DNA of 64,000 bases, from contig OY729431.1 of the NCBI GenBank assembly GCA_963422395.1, positions 576,001-640,000 on the forward strand, written 5' to 3'. The DNA comes from Vicinamibacteria bacterium (GTDB lineage: Bacteria; Acidobacteriota; Vicinamibacteria; Marinacidobacterales; Marinacidobacteraceae). Positions 1 to 9,339 of the stretch are shown piece by piece. Positions within the stretch are counted from its first letter, which is position 1, and every line of letters begins with the position of its first letter. The notes beneath the pieces are model-generated. The model saw only the letters and a list, made by a program, of their open reading frames with translations, was not told the DNA's origin and did no database searches. Made by a program: the position numbers and the translations under genes.

Positions 1-2
1 AG

Positions 3-1937
3 ATCGCGGTGCTGGATATCTCCGCGGCGGCGCTCGAAGCCGGCCGGAAGAAGATGTTCCAAAAGATCGAAAAGGGCCGCCGCCGGCCGGGCGCCGGCCG
101 CGGGAGCGATGCCGATCGGCTGCGCGCCTCGGTGGAGTTCACCTCCGACTACGGCCGGCTCGAAGGCGCCGGGCTCGTGATCGAGGCGGCTTCCGAAGAC
201 CTGGCGATCAAACGGAGGATCTTCGCCGCGGTGGAAGAACGCACCGAACCCGACGCGGTACTCCTTTCGAATTCCTCCCACATCGAACCGTCCCGCATCT
301 TCAGCGAGCTGGAACGGCCCGGACGCGCCGCGGTCGCACACTACTTCTTTCCGGCGGAACGCAATCCGGTGGTCGAAATCGCGGCCGCCGAGGCCGCCGC
401 TGCGATGGTCCCCTGGCTGCTCTCCTGCTACGAGGAGATCGGCAAGGTGCCGGTTTCCGTCCGTAGCCGGTTCGGGCACGCGTTGAACCCGATCTTCGAG
501 GGTCTCTTCCTGGCCGCGGCGGCGGCCGTCGAAGAGGGACTCGGGACGACTCGGGAAGTGGACGATGTTGCCCGCCGGGCGCTTCGCCTCGGAATCGGTC
601 CCTTCACTGCGATGAACCTCACCGGCGGGAACCCGATCGCCTACGAGGGATTCCGGGAGATGCACGCGCGCCTCCATCCCTGGTTTCGGGCGCCCCGCCT
701 GCTCGACGAGGCGATGGCGGAAGGCGGACCGACGGGCCGGGTCTGGGAGGTTCCGGAACGCGGTGAAGAGGTCGACGTCCCCGAGCAGCGCCGGCGCGCC
801 ATCGAGGATCGGATCACCGCCGCTTACCTCGGGCTCGCCGCCTGGACCGTCGCCGAAGGCGCCCTCCCGGCGCCGGACCTCGACTTGGCCTGCCATCTGG
901 CGCTGGCGGCGGCCCGCCCCTTCGGGCTCATGCGCCGGCTGGGAGCGCGGCGGGTGCGGGAGCTGATCGACGGCTACCGGGAGCTTTCGCCCCATTTCTT
1001 CGACGCCGCCGATCTCGGAGATGTGGTTTCGGTCTGGACCGCCCGCTCCGTCCCTCGGGTGGGCCGCCGGGACGCACCGCTCGAGGACGGTGGAGCGGTG
1101 GCGGTGCTGACCATCAGGCGCCCCGAGGCGCTCGGAGCGCTCGACGAGTCCGTGTTCGCCGAACTCGGATCCCACCTCGACGATCTCTCGCTTTCCGACC
1201 GGATTCGCGGAGTGGTGATCACCGGGTTCGGAACCAGGGCATTCGTATCCGGGGCCGATGTCCGCATGTTGGCGGAGATCGGCTCCCCGGAGGAAGGAGA
1301 GCAGCTTTCGCGCGCCTCGCATCGAGTGTTCGACCGGATCGAAGGGTTCGGCAAACCTGTGGTCTGCGCTCTGAACGGGATGGCGGTCGGCGGGGGCAGC
1401 GAGCTGGCGATGGCCTGCCACGCCCGGATCGCCCGTGAGGGACTCCCGGTGCTCGCAAGGCAACCGGAGCCGGACCTCGGGATCCTCCCGGGTGCCGGGG
1501 GCACGCAGCGCCTGCCGCGGCTGATCGGAGTGGAAGCCGCCTGGCCGCTCCTGCGGAGCGGACGGGGAGTATCCTCGGAGGAGGCGCTTCGGCTCGGTTT
1601 GGTGCGCGAGCTCGTTTCCGGTGAGGAACTTCGGGAACGGGCGGTCGAAATCGTTGCGGCGGCGGCTTCGGGGGAAGCCCCGCTCCCGGGGATTCCCCAG
1701 GGGCCGATCCCGGTCCCCGACGAGCTCCCCGAAGGGGACATCGGGCACCGGTCCCGCGCCGTGGACGCCCTCATCCAGCGAGCGGTGCTCGAAGGCGCGG
1801 CGGGCGATCTCGCCTCCGGGCTGGAACGGGAGATCCGCCTCTTCGGCGAGTGCTGCTCGCTCGAGGACATGCGGATCGGGGTGCGGAACTTCCTCGAAAA
1901 CGGTCCGCGCACCCCCGCCCGCTTCCTCCACCGATAG
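3..1937 (+). CDS. 3-hydroxyacyl-CoA dehydrogenase / enoyl-CoA hydratase fusion (HAD N-terminal, crotonase C-terminal); 5' end lies outside the window
   Basis: LVIEAASEDLAIKR, SNSS, HYFFPA and GPF HAD motifs, then AFVSGAD and GGGSELAMACH crotonase motifs; frame is open from base 3. Confidence 0.9.
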   Translation: MAVLDISAAALEAGRKKMFQKIEKGRRRPGAGRGSDADRLRASVEFTSDYGRLEGAGLVIEAASEDLAIKRRIFAAVEERTEPDAVLLSNSSHIEPSRIFSELERPGRAAVAHYFFPAERNPVVEIAAAEAAAAMVPWLLSCYEEIGKVPVSVRSRFGHALNPIFEGLFLAAAAAVEEGLGTTREVDDVARRALRLGIGPFTAMNLTGGNPIAYEGFREMHARLHPWFRAPRLLDEAMAEGGPTGRVWEVPERGEEVDVPEQRRRAIEDRITAAYLGLAAWTVAEGALPAPDLDLACHLALAAARPFGLMRRLGARRVRELIDGYRELSPHFFDAADLGDVVSVWTARSVPRVGRRDAPLEDGGAVAVLTIRRPEALGALDESVFAELGSHLDDLSLSDRIRGVVITGFGTRAFVSGADVRMLAEIGSPEEGEQLSRASHRVFDRIEGFGKPVVCALNGMAVGGGSELAMACHARIAREGLPVLARQPEPDLGILPGAGGTQRLPRLIGVEAAWPLLRSGRGVSSEEALRLGLVRELVSGEELRERAVEIVAAAASGEAPLPGIPQGPIPVPDELPEGDIGHRSRAVDALIQRAVLEGAAGDLASGLEREIRLFGECCSLEDMRIGVRNFLENGPRTPARFLHR

Positions 1938-1966
1938 CCCGCCCGGAGGGGGAGACCGGCGCTTCC

Positions 1967-2902
1967 CTACTTGCCCAGGTCGTCCCAGGTCTCGCGCAAC
2001 CCCAGCTGATAGGCGACTCGGGAGAGCGCGGACTTCGTGTCGTCGTCGAGGGGGATGCCCAGGGTGCGCCGCTCTTCTTCGATGGCTGCTGCCGGCTGGC
2101 CGGGATAGAGGATCCGGGCGCGGCGCAGATGCCCGAGCCGCTCGACCATCCGATTGCGGAATCCGGCCCAGGGCGCGAAGGCCCGCACCCGGAAGGCGAG
2201 GAACAGGTGTCCGAGACCGCGGTGGACCGGCTCGGGGTGCGGTACCGCGGCGAGCTCCGCGGGCAGCGCGCCGCCGCCGAGCAGGACGAGCGATTCCAGC
2301 GCCAGCGAAAGCCCGAGCTCCGCTTCGGTTTCCTTCTCGCCGTTTTGGGGAGCGGCGAGGCTCAGCACCAGCGGGGCCGCCGTCTCGGCGGTGGGAACCG
2401 CGATTCCCAGCGCTACCGGATCGCGCGCGGTTCCGGACCCGGCGACCTCGGGAAGCGGCGGGGCGCCGCTGATGGCGACTCCGGCCATCTGCTGGGGGAG
2501 CGCCAGCGCGGCGAAATGCCCCGGAGAGCCCAGCCGGTTGCTCCGGCGTACCGCGGTGGCGCCGACCCCGTGCCGCGCGGCGCCCGCGATCGCCTCGGTC
2601 ATGGCGCGGCGCCCGACCGCCGGACCGGGGCCGTTGTCACCGTCGAGAACTGCGGCCCCCCCCGAGGAAGCGGCGACGCGCATGCTCGGGAATGGGTTCA
2701 CATGCCGGGTCGAGAGCCCGTTGACCAGATCGGGCAGCCAACCGACCCCGTTGGCGTCCTCGCCGGCGAGGTTGGCCGCCACCATGGCGTCGGCGGTCTG
2801 GGAGGCGAGCTCGGGCGCGAGCCGAACCCGTTTCAGGGTTTCGCGGACGAAGAAGTGCAGCCGGCCATGCCGGATTCGGAGCGGCTGTCCGGTTTCGCTC
2901 AC
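1967..2902 (-). CDS. Ldh_2 family (malate/L-lactate/ureidoglycolate dehydrogenase-like) oxidoreductase, degenerate
   Basis: AVLDGDNGPG, AARHGVGATAVRRSN, ILYPG..E and GIPLD motifs; GTG start overlaps the upstream stop (GTGA 2899-2902). Confidence 0.75.
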   Translation of the reverse strand: MSETGQPLRIRHGRLHFFVRETLKRVRLAPELASQTADAMVAANLAGEDANGVGWLPDLVNGLSTRHVNPFPSMRVAASSGGAAVLDGDNGPGPAVGRRAMTEAIAGAARHGVGATAVRRSNRLGSPGHFAALALPQQMAGVAISGAPPLPEVAGSGTARDPVALGIAVPTAETAAPLVLSLAAPQNGEKETEAELGLSLALESLVLLGGGALPAELAAVPHPEPVHRGLGHLFLAFRVRAFAPWAGFRNRMVERLGHLRRARILYPGQPAAAIEEERRTLGIPLDDDTKSALSRVAYQLGLRETWDDLGK

Positions 2903-4200
2903 GACAGGAGTTCCCCGAGCGGCCCGCTCCAGCCCCAGAGGAGCACCAGCACGATGGCCGCCGGAATCACTCGGCGAATCCAGAAGAGCCAGAGCGCGCC
3001 CGGCGGCTTCGAGGCGCCGCGCCCGGCTTCGGCCAGCGCCCGGCCGCGGGAGACGAAGTATCCGAGGCCGATGAGGGTGAGCGCCGAGCCCACCGGCTGC
3101 ATCGTGGAGCCCCAGAGCAGATCGCTCCAGGCGAGATAGTCGGAGCTCGCCATGGACGGGACGGCGAGCGGGATCTGGATTGCGATCACTGCCAGAATCA
3201 CTCTGCCTCGACTCCATCCGGTCCAGGGTGCCGCGGAGCCCACGATCACTTCGAGCGCGGCGAGTGCGGAGAGGAAGGCGGCGAGGAAGAGCGCCAGGAA
3301 GAAGATCGGCCCGAACAGCTGCCCTCCCGGCATGGCGGCGAAGACGCGGGGCAGGGTGAAGAACAGCAGCGGCGGCCCGGACGCCGGCGCCACCCCGAGG
3401 GCGAACGCCGCGGGCAGTACCGCGAGCCCGCCGAGGATCGCGGCGCCGGAGTCGCCGAGGATCGTCGAACCGGCGAGGCGGCGCAGGTCGGCGCCGGACG
3501 GCAGGTAGCTGCCGTAGGCGAGGAAGAAGGTCCCTCCGAGGGAAAGACTGAAGAACGCCTGGCCGAGCGCAGCGAGAAATGTCTGGCCGGTCACCTCGTC
3601 GAGATCGGGCCAGAGGAAGTAGCGGATTCCGGCAGCAGCTCCCGGAAGGGTCACCGAGCGGGCGGCGACCGCCAGGAGGCCGACTCCCGCGAGCGGTATG
3701 GCGATTCGGGAGAGCCGTTCGACGCCGCGCCGTACTCCGAGAGCGCAAACCGCGCCCATCGCGGCGAAGACGATGACGGTCCAGCCGAGGTTCGCGGCGG
3801 TCACGCCTCCGAAGTGCGCCGCGTAGAAGGCTTCCGGTTCCGGGACGATGCCTCCCCGCACTGCGTAGAAGAGCACCTGGGCCACCACCACGGTGTAGTA
3901 GGAGGCCGCCATGAAGACGGTCAGGAAGAGCAGCCCGCCGATCGCGCGGCCTCCCGGCATCCCGATGCTGGTGAAGGCTCCGCCCGGCCCGGCGCGGGTC
4001 AGCCGGCCGAGGCTCCATTCGCCGATCAGCGCCGGTGCTCCGAGGAGCAGGACGAAGACGAGATAGAGCAGCACGAACGCCCCGCCCCCGTACTGTCCCG
4101 CCATGTAGGGAAAGCGCCAGATGTTGGCGAGGCCGACGGCGACCCCGATGAGCGCCATCGCCGACCCGAAACGGGTGCCGAAGCGCTCGCTGCTCATCAT
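2899..4200 (-). CDS. Sodium-dependent transporter, NSS/SNF family
   Basis: AVGLANIWRFPY, GGGAF and GQAFFSLSLG signatures; many TM segments. Confidence 0.95.
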   Translation of the reverse strand: MMSSERFGTRFGSAMALIGVAVGLANIWRFPYMAGQYGGGAFVLLYLVFVLLLGAPALIGEWSLGRLTRAGPGGAFTSIGMPGGRAIGGLLFLTVFMAASYYTVVVAQVLFYAVRGGIVPEPEAFYAAHFGGVTAANLGWTVIVFAAMGAVCALGVRRGVERLSRIAIPLAGVGLLAVAARSVTLPGAAAGIRYFLWPDLDEVTGQTFLAALGQAFFSLSLGGTFFLAYGSYLPSGADLRRLAGSTILGDSGAAILGGLAVLPAAFALGVAPASGPPLLFFTLPRVFAAMPGGQLFGPIFFLALFLAAFLSALAALEVIVGSAAPWTGWSRGRVILAVIAIQIPLAVPSMASSDYLAWSDLLWGSTMQPVGSALTLIGLGYFVSRGRALAEAGRGASKPPGALWLFWIRRVIPAAIVLVLLWGWSGPLGELLS

Positions 4201-4264
4201 GGGGTACCGCCTCCTGTCTCCGGCATCCGGATCGGGAACAGGCGCTGGAGCATTGGGCCAGCGC

Positions 4265-4645
4265 CTATTCGACGAAGAGTTTCGCGCCGCGCCGGAGGAC
4301 CACCGCGGCAGGGTGGGCCGCCGCCGCGGGAGGGTGGGAATTCGACCAGCTGAGCTGAAGCCCCAGCAGGGTGAGGAGGCCGGCTCCCGTCAGGCCCAGG
4401 GCGACGCCTACCTGGATTCCCTGGATCTTTCCGGTGAGCACCGCCGAGGCGATGAGGACCAGCCATACGACGGAGGCGATCGGCACGAGCCAAATCATGA
4501 CCCGGCGGAACGATTTCTTCTGGCCTGATTCGATCTTTTCGAGTTTTCGCGCCTCTGCCTCCGCCTCATCGCGAAGCTTCGGATCCTCTGTCAGGAGGCT
4601 CTCGGACGGCGTGACGGGAGGTTCGACGAACGGCTCGTCCTTCAC
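4265..4645 (-). CDS. Small two-TM membrane protein translationally coupled to the Panacea gene (candidate toxin)
   Basis: GTG start overlaps the Panacea stop (4642-4645); acidic N-terminus followed by two hydrophobic helices. Confidence 0.6.
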   Translation of the reverse strand: MKDEPFVEPPVTPSESLLTEDPKLRDEAEAEARKLEKIESGQKKSFRRVMIWLVPIASVVWLVLIASAVLTGKIQGIQVGVALGLTGAGLLTLLGLQLSWSNSHPPAAAAHPAAVVLRRGAKLFVE

Positions 4646-5181
4646 TTCGGCTCCTCGATCTCCTCGTTTGCCAGCGACTTCCGATGCAGCTCGAGCATCT
4701 TCCGGTAATAGAACTCGATGAGGTCGTTCGACATCCTCGCGTGACGGCGGCCTTCCCGGTAGGTCAGCTCCCAGGGCGAACTGGGGGCATGGGTGAGTCT
4801 CGACAAGCGGGAGGCGCTGAGCGGCCCATAGCGTCCGACCGCGTCCAGCATCACCTTTCGCGCCTCGGGATCGAAGTCTTTTTTCGGTTTTTCCGATTCT
4901 AGATTCGACGCTTTCACCGGCTGGGCGCCGAGGTGCTTCACGGCGTGGTACAGCTCGGGGAACACCGGGCCGTACTGCCAAGCCTCCAGCGGTCCGCGGA
5001 CGAGCGGAATCCGGTAGAGGCCGAGCATCCAGCCGTGCGCGAGAAAAACGATCTTGAGGAGCTTCATCGGCGTCATGGGGAAGCCCTGTCTCTCTGATTC
5101 GATGAGGAGGAAGCGGGCGACGGCGATCGCCGAGTGCGCCACCAGCGGCTCCAGACTGTCCCGACTGCGGCGCTTCCACAT
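4642..5181 (-). CDS. Panacea-domain (DUF4065/SocA/GepA) antitoxin
   Basis: TPMKLLKIVFLAHG, EAWQYGPVFPELY and LSRLTH..SPW motifs. Confidence 0.9.
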   Translation of the reverse strand: MWKRRSRDSLEPLVAHSAIAVARFLLIESERQGFPMTPMKLLKIVFLAHGWMLGLYRIPLVRGPLEAWQYGPVFPELYHAVKHLGAQPVKASNLESEKPKKDFDPEARKVMLDAVGRYGPLSASRLSRLTHAPSSPWELTYREGRRHARMSNDLIEFYYRKMLELHRKSLANEEIEEPK

Positions 5182-5270
5182 GGCGGCTCTTCGAGGTTCT
5201 TTCCTCGAATCCTCTCGATCCGATCGAATCGAGGGTCAGTGTACCGACTTCGGCCCGGCCCGCCGCTGCG

Positions 5271-5426
5271 CTACCGGGTCGAGCCGTTTGTACCGCCCGC
5301 TTCCCTCTCGGCGGCGGCCAACCGCCGGCGTTCTGCCGCCAGCCGCCTCCCCATCAGCGCCAGCCGGGCCAGATAGGCCGCCGCCAGCAGGAAGAAAACC
5401 GTGTATCCGGCAGCGAGATAGGCCAT
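5271..5426 (-). CDS. ccmD: Heme exporter protein CcmD
   Basis: 51-aa MAYLAAGYTVFFLL TM segment with basic tail; TGATG-coupled directly after ccmC. Confidence 0.75.
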   Translation of the reverse strand: MAYLAAGYTVFFLLAAAYLARLALMGRRLAAERRRLAAAEREAGGTNGSTR

Positions 5427-6103
5427 CACGAAGCGTCGGCGAACAGCCGCTGCCGCAGCGCCTCCACCGACCGCTGCTCGCGCTCCAGATGCATCCGCCA
5501 GCCGAACAGCCAGAAGAAGAGGATCGTGAACGCGGCGAGGCAGACCAGCAGGGTGATCCACATGTCGGGATGCAGCCCGGAATCGGGACCGCCCATGATC
5601 ACCGGCGCCGGGTGCTGGGTACGCCACCAGCGGATCGAGAAGTACACGATCGGCACATCGGCGGCTCCCAGGATTCCGAGCGCCGCGGCGAGGTTGGCCC
5701 GCCGCGTCGGGTCGTCCACATAACTGCGCAGCATCAGGTAGCCGGCGTAGAGGAGCCAGAGGACGAAGGCAGTGGTGAGCCGGGCGTCCCAGGTCCACCA
5801 GATGCCCCAGGCCGGCTTCGCCCAGATCGTCCCCAGGAGCAGGCCTGCGGTAGTGAACAGCACTCCGATCTCGGCAGCGGCGACGGCGGCGGCGTCGTAG
5901 TGCGGCTTCCGGGTGCGGAGCCAGCCGATGCTCGCTCCGGCCACCACGAAGAAGGCGGCGAAGGCCAGCCACCACGACGCGAGATGGAAGTAGAACAGCC
6001 GCTGCACTTCCCCCATGGTCCGCTCGGTGGGGGCGAAGAAGAAGACCGCCCACAGCGCCGCCGCCATCGCGACCGCGGCGAGCCCGGCGCGGCGGAAGCT
6101 CAT
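5426..6103 (-). CDS. ccmC: Heme exporter/cytochrome c biogenesis protein CcmC
   Basis: WWD domain WAKPAWGIWWTWDARLT; YFH and WWRTQHP His motifs. Confidence 0.95.
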   Translation of the reverse strand: MSFRRAGLAAVAMAAALWAVFFFAPTERTMGEVQRLFYFHLASWWLAFAAFFVVAGASIGWLRTRKPHYDAAAVAAAEIGVLFTTAGLLLGTIWAKPAWGIWWTWDARLTTAFVLWLLYAGYLMLRSYVDDPTRRANLAAALGILGAADVPIVYFSIRWWRTQHPAPVIMGGPDSGLHPDMWITLLVCLAAFTILFFWLFGWRMHLEREQRSVEALRQRLFADAS

Positions 6104-6289
6104 GCGGCGGAAGAACCTCCGCTTCGCTCCCCGAGGGTTCGGTGGTTCATCGCACAGGGCAGCCCCTTTCGAGGGGGCGCCGGACTATACCCACCCGAGG
6201 GTTCCAGGCGGCGGCCGGTCGGTCCGATGCATGCATCGCCGCTTGCGGATAGCGCCGGAGGGTGGGCGGCGCGCCCTATACTCGGGCGG

Positions 6290-7129
6290 ATGCTGCGACA
6301 CCTCCCGAAGCGCTTGGGTGCGCTCCTCGCCGCTGTCGGCTTCCTGGTCGGTGCCGGAACCGCTGCGGCACAGCTGCTTCCGGCGTCCGCCGCTACCGCT
6401 CGCGACCGCCTGAACGCCTCGCCTCGTCACGGGGAGTGGGTCTCGGTCCCTGCCGGAGACGGCGATGCCGTGGAAAGCTGGATCGTCTATCCGGAGCGGT
6501 CGGACCCGGCGCCGGTGATCGTGGTCCTCCATGAGATCTTCGGACTCACCGACTGGATCCGGGCGGTGGCTGACGAATTCGCGGCCAACGGGTTCATCGC
6601 CGTCGCTCCCGATCTGCTGACCGGCAAGGGGCCGGCCGGCGGGCGAACCGATTCGGTGGACCGGGACGGGGCGGTCGCGCTCATCCGCGGCCTCGACGCC
6701 GGAGAGGTCCACGGCCGGCTGCAGGCGGTCGCGGCGTGGGCCACGGCGCTTCCCGCGGCCCGCACCGAGTACGGGATGGTGGGTTTTTGCTGGGGCGGGC
6801 GCACGAGCTTCGCCTATGCCGCGGGCGATCCGGATCTCGGCGCCGCGGTCGTGTACTACGGGACCTCGCCGGAGGAGGAGGCGCTCGCCGCCGTTGCCGC
6901 ACCGGTGCTCGGTCTGTACGGAGGTGATGACGCGCGGGTGAACGCGACGATCCCTGCCGCGCAGGACCGGATGGAGGAACTCGGCAAGGTATTCGAAGTG
7001 GAGATCTTCGAGGGCGCCGGGCATGGTTTTCTGCGGGCTCAGGAGGACCGCGAGGGCCGCAACCTGACCGCTGCCTCGCAAGCGTGGCCCCGCACCGTCC
7101 GCTTTTTCCGCCGGCACCTCGGTTCCTGA
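6290..7129 (+). CDS. Secreted dienelactone hydrolase family protein
   Basis: HEIFGL, GFCWGG nucleophile, AGHGF; signal peptide. Confidence 0.92.
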   Translation: MLRHLPKRLGALLAAVGFLVGAGTAAAQLLPASAATARDRLNASPRHGEWVSVPAGDGDAVESWIVYPERSDPAPVIVVLHEIFGLTDWIRAVADEFAANGFIAVAPDLLTGKGPAGGRTDSVDRDGAVALIRGLDAGEVHGRLQAVAAWATALPAARTEYGMVGFCWGGRTSFAYAAGDPDLGAAVVYYGTSPEEEALAAVAAPVLGLYGGDDARVNATIPAAQDRMEELGKVFEVEIFEGAGHGFLRAQEDREGRNLTAASQAWPRTVRFFRRHLGS

Positions 7130-7210
7130 ACCTGCTGACGGAGTCCGGGCAGGCCGCCGCCCTGTCCACCGCCCCGGAGAATCCGGACGGCGGCGGACCT
7201 CGCCGTCCGC

Positions 7211-8659
7211 TCAGCGGACCAGCGTGAAAGATCTCGCAGTCTCGTAGATCGCGCCGCGGTAGTGGATGCGGATCCCGAGTTCGTAGTTGCCGGGAGCGAA
7301 ACCGTCGAGCGCGATCTCGGCGTTGGCGGCAGCTTGGCGGGTGCTGGTCGGGATCGCTTCGGGAAGGATGAAGCCAGTGTCTCGTCCGTCGCGGCTGAGG
7401 GTGTATTCGGCCAGGATCTGCGGCAGTTCGCCGTCGTCCTCGCGCTCCCCGGGGTAGAAGAAGTAGAAAGCCCCCAGTGTCTCACCCTGCCGAAACACGG
7501 CGTTCGAGCGGGCCCGGAAGTGAGTCCGGCCGAACTGGAAAGCGCGTCCGGGAAGGGCGTTGCTGGTGAACTCGGAAGCGCCGAACTCGGTGGTGGTGGT
7601 CTCGTCGTAGAGGACCACGGTGGAAAAGCCGGGCTCGCTGTCCCGAAAGGCAGGAGCTTCGATCTCGATCGGTGCGGCGCCCCAGGCGTCGGACTGCTCG
7701 TCCACCACCCCGGCGAGCACGCGGTGCCGTCCGGGGGGCAGGATCAGCGAAGCCTCGAAACGGGCCGATCCGTCGGCGGCGTGGATCGCCGTATGGGCGG
7801 TCTCCCAGCGGAAGTTCCCGGAGCCGGGAGCCTCGCGGGCTTCTTCCCCGGCGACCGCCTTCGCGAAGACCGAGACCGCTGCCTGCCCGTCGGGAGCCGA
7901 AGCGAGGTGCCCCGCAGCGGTTTCGTAGAGAAGCGCCACATAGGTCGCTTCGTCGTTCCTGCGGAAGTAGGCGGGAGTCACCCGCAGCCCGAATCCGCCA
8001 TCTCCCGGGCCTTCCCGCGTGAGCCGCTCGAGCACCTGGCGGGCGCGCTTCGATCCCCCGGCAGGGAGGTTCGGAACGACGAGGCGCCCCTCCTCATCGC
8101 GTTCGAAGCCGATTTCGGGCCGCGCGATCAGCCGCCGACGCATCTCCTCGAGCTGTTCGTCCACCCGGGAGCGGTTTTCGAGCCACAGGCCGCCGTCCTC
8201 GTCGCGCAGGTAGTGCGCCTCGACGATCGACTCGACCCCTTGTTCGGGGTCGGCGGGAAAGACCCACAGCAGGCGCTCGGGAGTGGTATCCGTCGCCGGC
8301 TCCGAAAGGGTCTGGACCGGCATTCCGAGCAGCACGAAGACCCGCGCCCGGTCTCCGCCCCCGCCGTAGCCGCCGTCTTGGCCGAAGTTCCGCTCCGCGA
8401 GGCGCACCCGCCCGAGGTAGTGGTCGAGGATCTCGTTCTCGGGGGTTTCCGGCTGCGGGTCCCGCCGCATCCAGAACAGGCGGCGGAACGCTGCCCGATC
8501 GCCGCGGGACATCGCCTCGATCGAGGCGCGCCGTTCTTCGCGAGTCATGAGGAAGGACTCGAGCCAGCCCCGTTCGATTTCCGTGGGACGGTCTCCTTGA
8601 GCCTCGACGGAAATCGGGAGGAGGGCGAAGAACGAGACGGCGGGCAGGAGGCGAAGCAC
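7211..8659 (-). CDS. GWxTD-domain secreted protein
   Basis: FW.RRDP.PETPENE...R..A..F...G...DR.RV...G.P pattern (GWxTD motif degenerate); signal peptide. Confidence 0.8.
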   Translation of the reverse strand: MLRLLPAVSFFALLPISVEAQGDRPTEIERGWLESFLMTREERRASIEAMSRGDRAAFRRLFWMRRDPQPETPENEILDHYLGRVRLAERNFGQDGGYGGGGDRARVFVLLGMPVQTLSEPATDTTPERLLWVFPADPEQGVESIVEAHYLRDEDGGLWLENRSRVDEQLEEMRRRLIARPEIGFERDEEGRLVVPNLPAGGSKRARQVLERLTREGPGDGGFGLRVTPAYFRRNDEATYVALLYETAAGHLASAPDGQAAVSVFAKAVAGEEAREAPGSGNFRWETAHTAIHAADGSARFEASLILPPGRHRVLAGVVDEQSDAWGAAPIEIEAPAFRDSEPGFSTVVLYDETTTTEFGASEFTSNALPGRAFQFGRTHFRARSNAVFRQGETLGAFYFFYPGEREDDGELPQILAEYTLSRDGRDTGFILPEAIPTSTRQAAANAEIALDGFAPGNYELGIRIHYRGAIYETARSFTLVR

Positions 8660-8683
8660 GGCAGCAACCTAACGCGCGCGTCC

Positions 8684-8732
8684 GAAGGCGGAGAAGCGCC
8701 CGGAGGCGGAGAAGCGCCCGGAGGCGGAGAAG
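8684..8732. repeat. 18-bp tandem repeat, about 2.7 copies, intergenic
   Basis: GAAGGCGGAGAAGCGCCC / GGAGGCGGAGAAGCGCCC / GGAGGCGGAGAAG. Confidence 0.9.
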
Positions 8733-8769
8733 TTCGCGCGGCCGCTCGCGAAGGACGCGCTGGCGCGGA

Positions 8770-9261
8770 TCAGCCGCCGGTTGGTTTCGGGACCGGACGC
8801 TCCTTGAACTCGAACTCCTGCTGGCAACACCAGCAGGGTCCCGGAAGGTGGGAAGTGATGTTGCAGGTGAAGCAGAAGTAGTAGGGCTCGATCGCCTGGC
8901 CGTTCTGGATCGTGTGCAGGTGGATGATCTTCCCGAGTCCTTCCTCCCGCCAGAGGGTCACTTCGAGAGGATGGCGGTTCACCCGGGGATCGGTCAGGAT
9001 TTCCACGCGGGGATCCGACGGATCGAGCGGGTGGACCGTTCCGTCCGCTGCCTCGATCCCGAACGCTTCACCGAACGAGCAGCCCTCGACCGGAACGGGT
9101 TGCCCCTCCCGGAGGCAGACCGCGCGTCCGGCCACGGTGACCTCGACCTCTTCCGGGACCGGGGGGACCTTCCCCGAATCCGGCCCGGACGGCGCGGCGG
9201 CGGCACCCACCCCGCCCGCCGCGAGCAGCACCGCCGCCGCGGCCCTTCGCACGAACCCCAC
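8770..9261 (-). CDS. Secreted protein with C-terminal Cys-rich putative metal-binding motif
   Basis: Signal peptide; YYFCFTCNITSHLPGPCWCC; start placed 7 nt after TGCTAGAAT. Confidence 0.7.
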   Translation of the reverse strand: MGFVRRAAAAVLLAAGGVGAAAAPSGPDSGKVPPVPEEVEVTVAGRAVCLREGQPVPVEGCSFGEAFGIEAADGTVHPLDPSDPRVEILTDPRVNRHPLEVTLWREEGLGKIIHLHTIQNGQAIEPYYFCFTCNITSHLPGPCWCCQQEFEFKERPVPKPTGG

Positions 9262-9339
9262 GAACACGATTCTAGCAATCTGTGGAAAAAGGGGCGCGGG
9301 CAGGGGATGGCCGCTCCCGGGCTCTTCAAGGCCGGCGGA

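Noticed and set aside
8770-8900. c-type heme-binding site in the Cys-rich protein near the ccm genes
   Set aside because: The motif is CxxCN, not CxxCH
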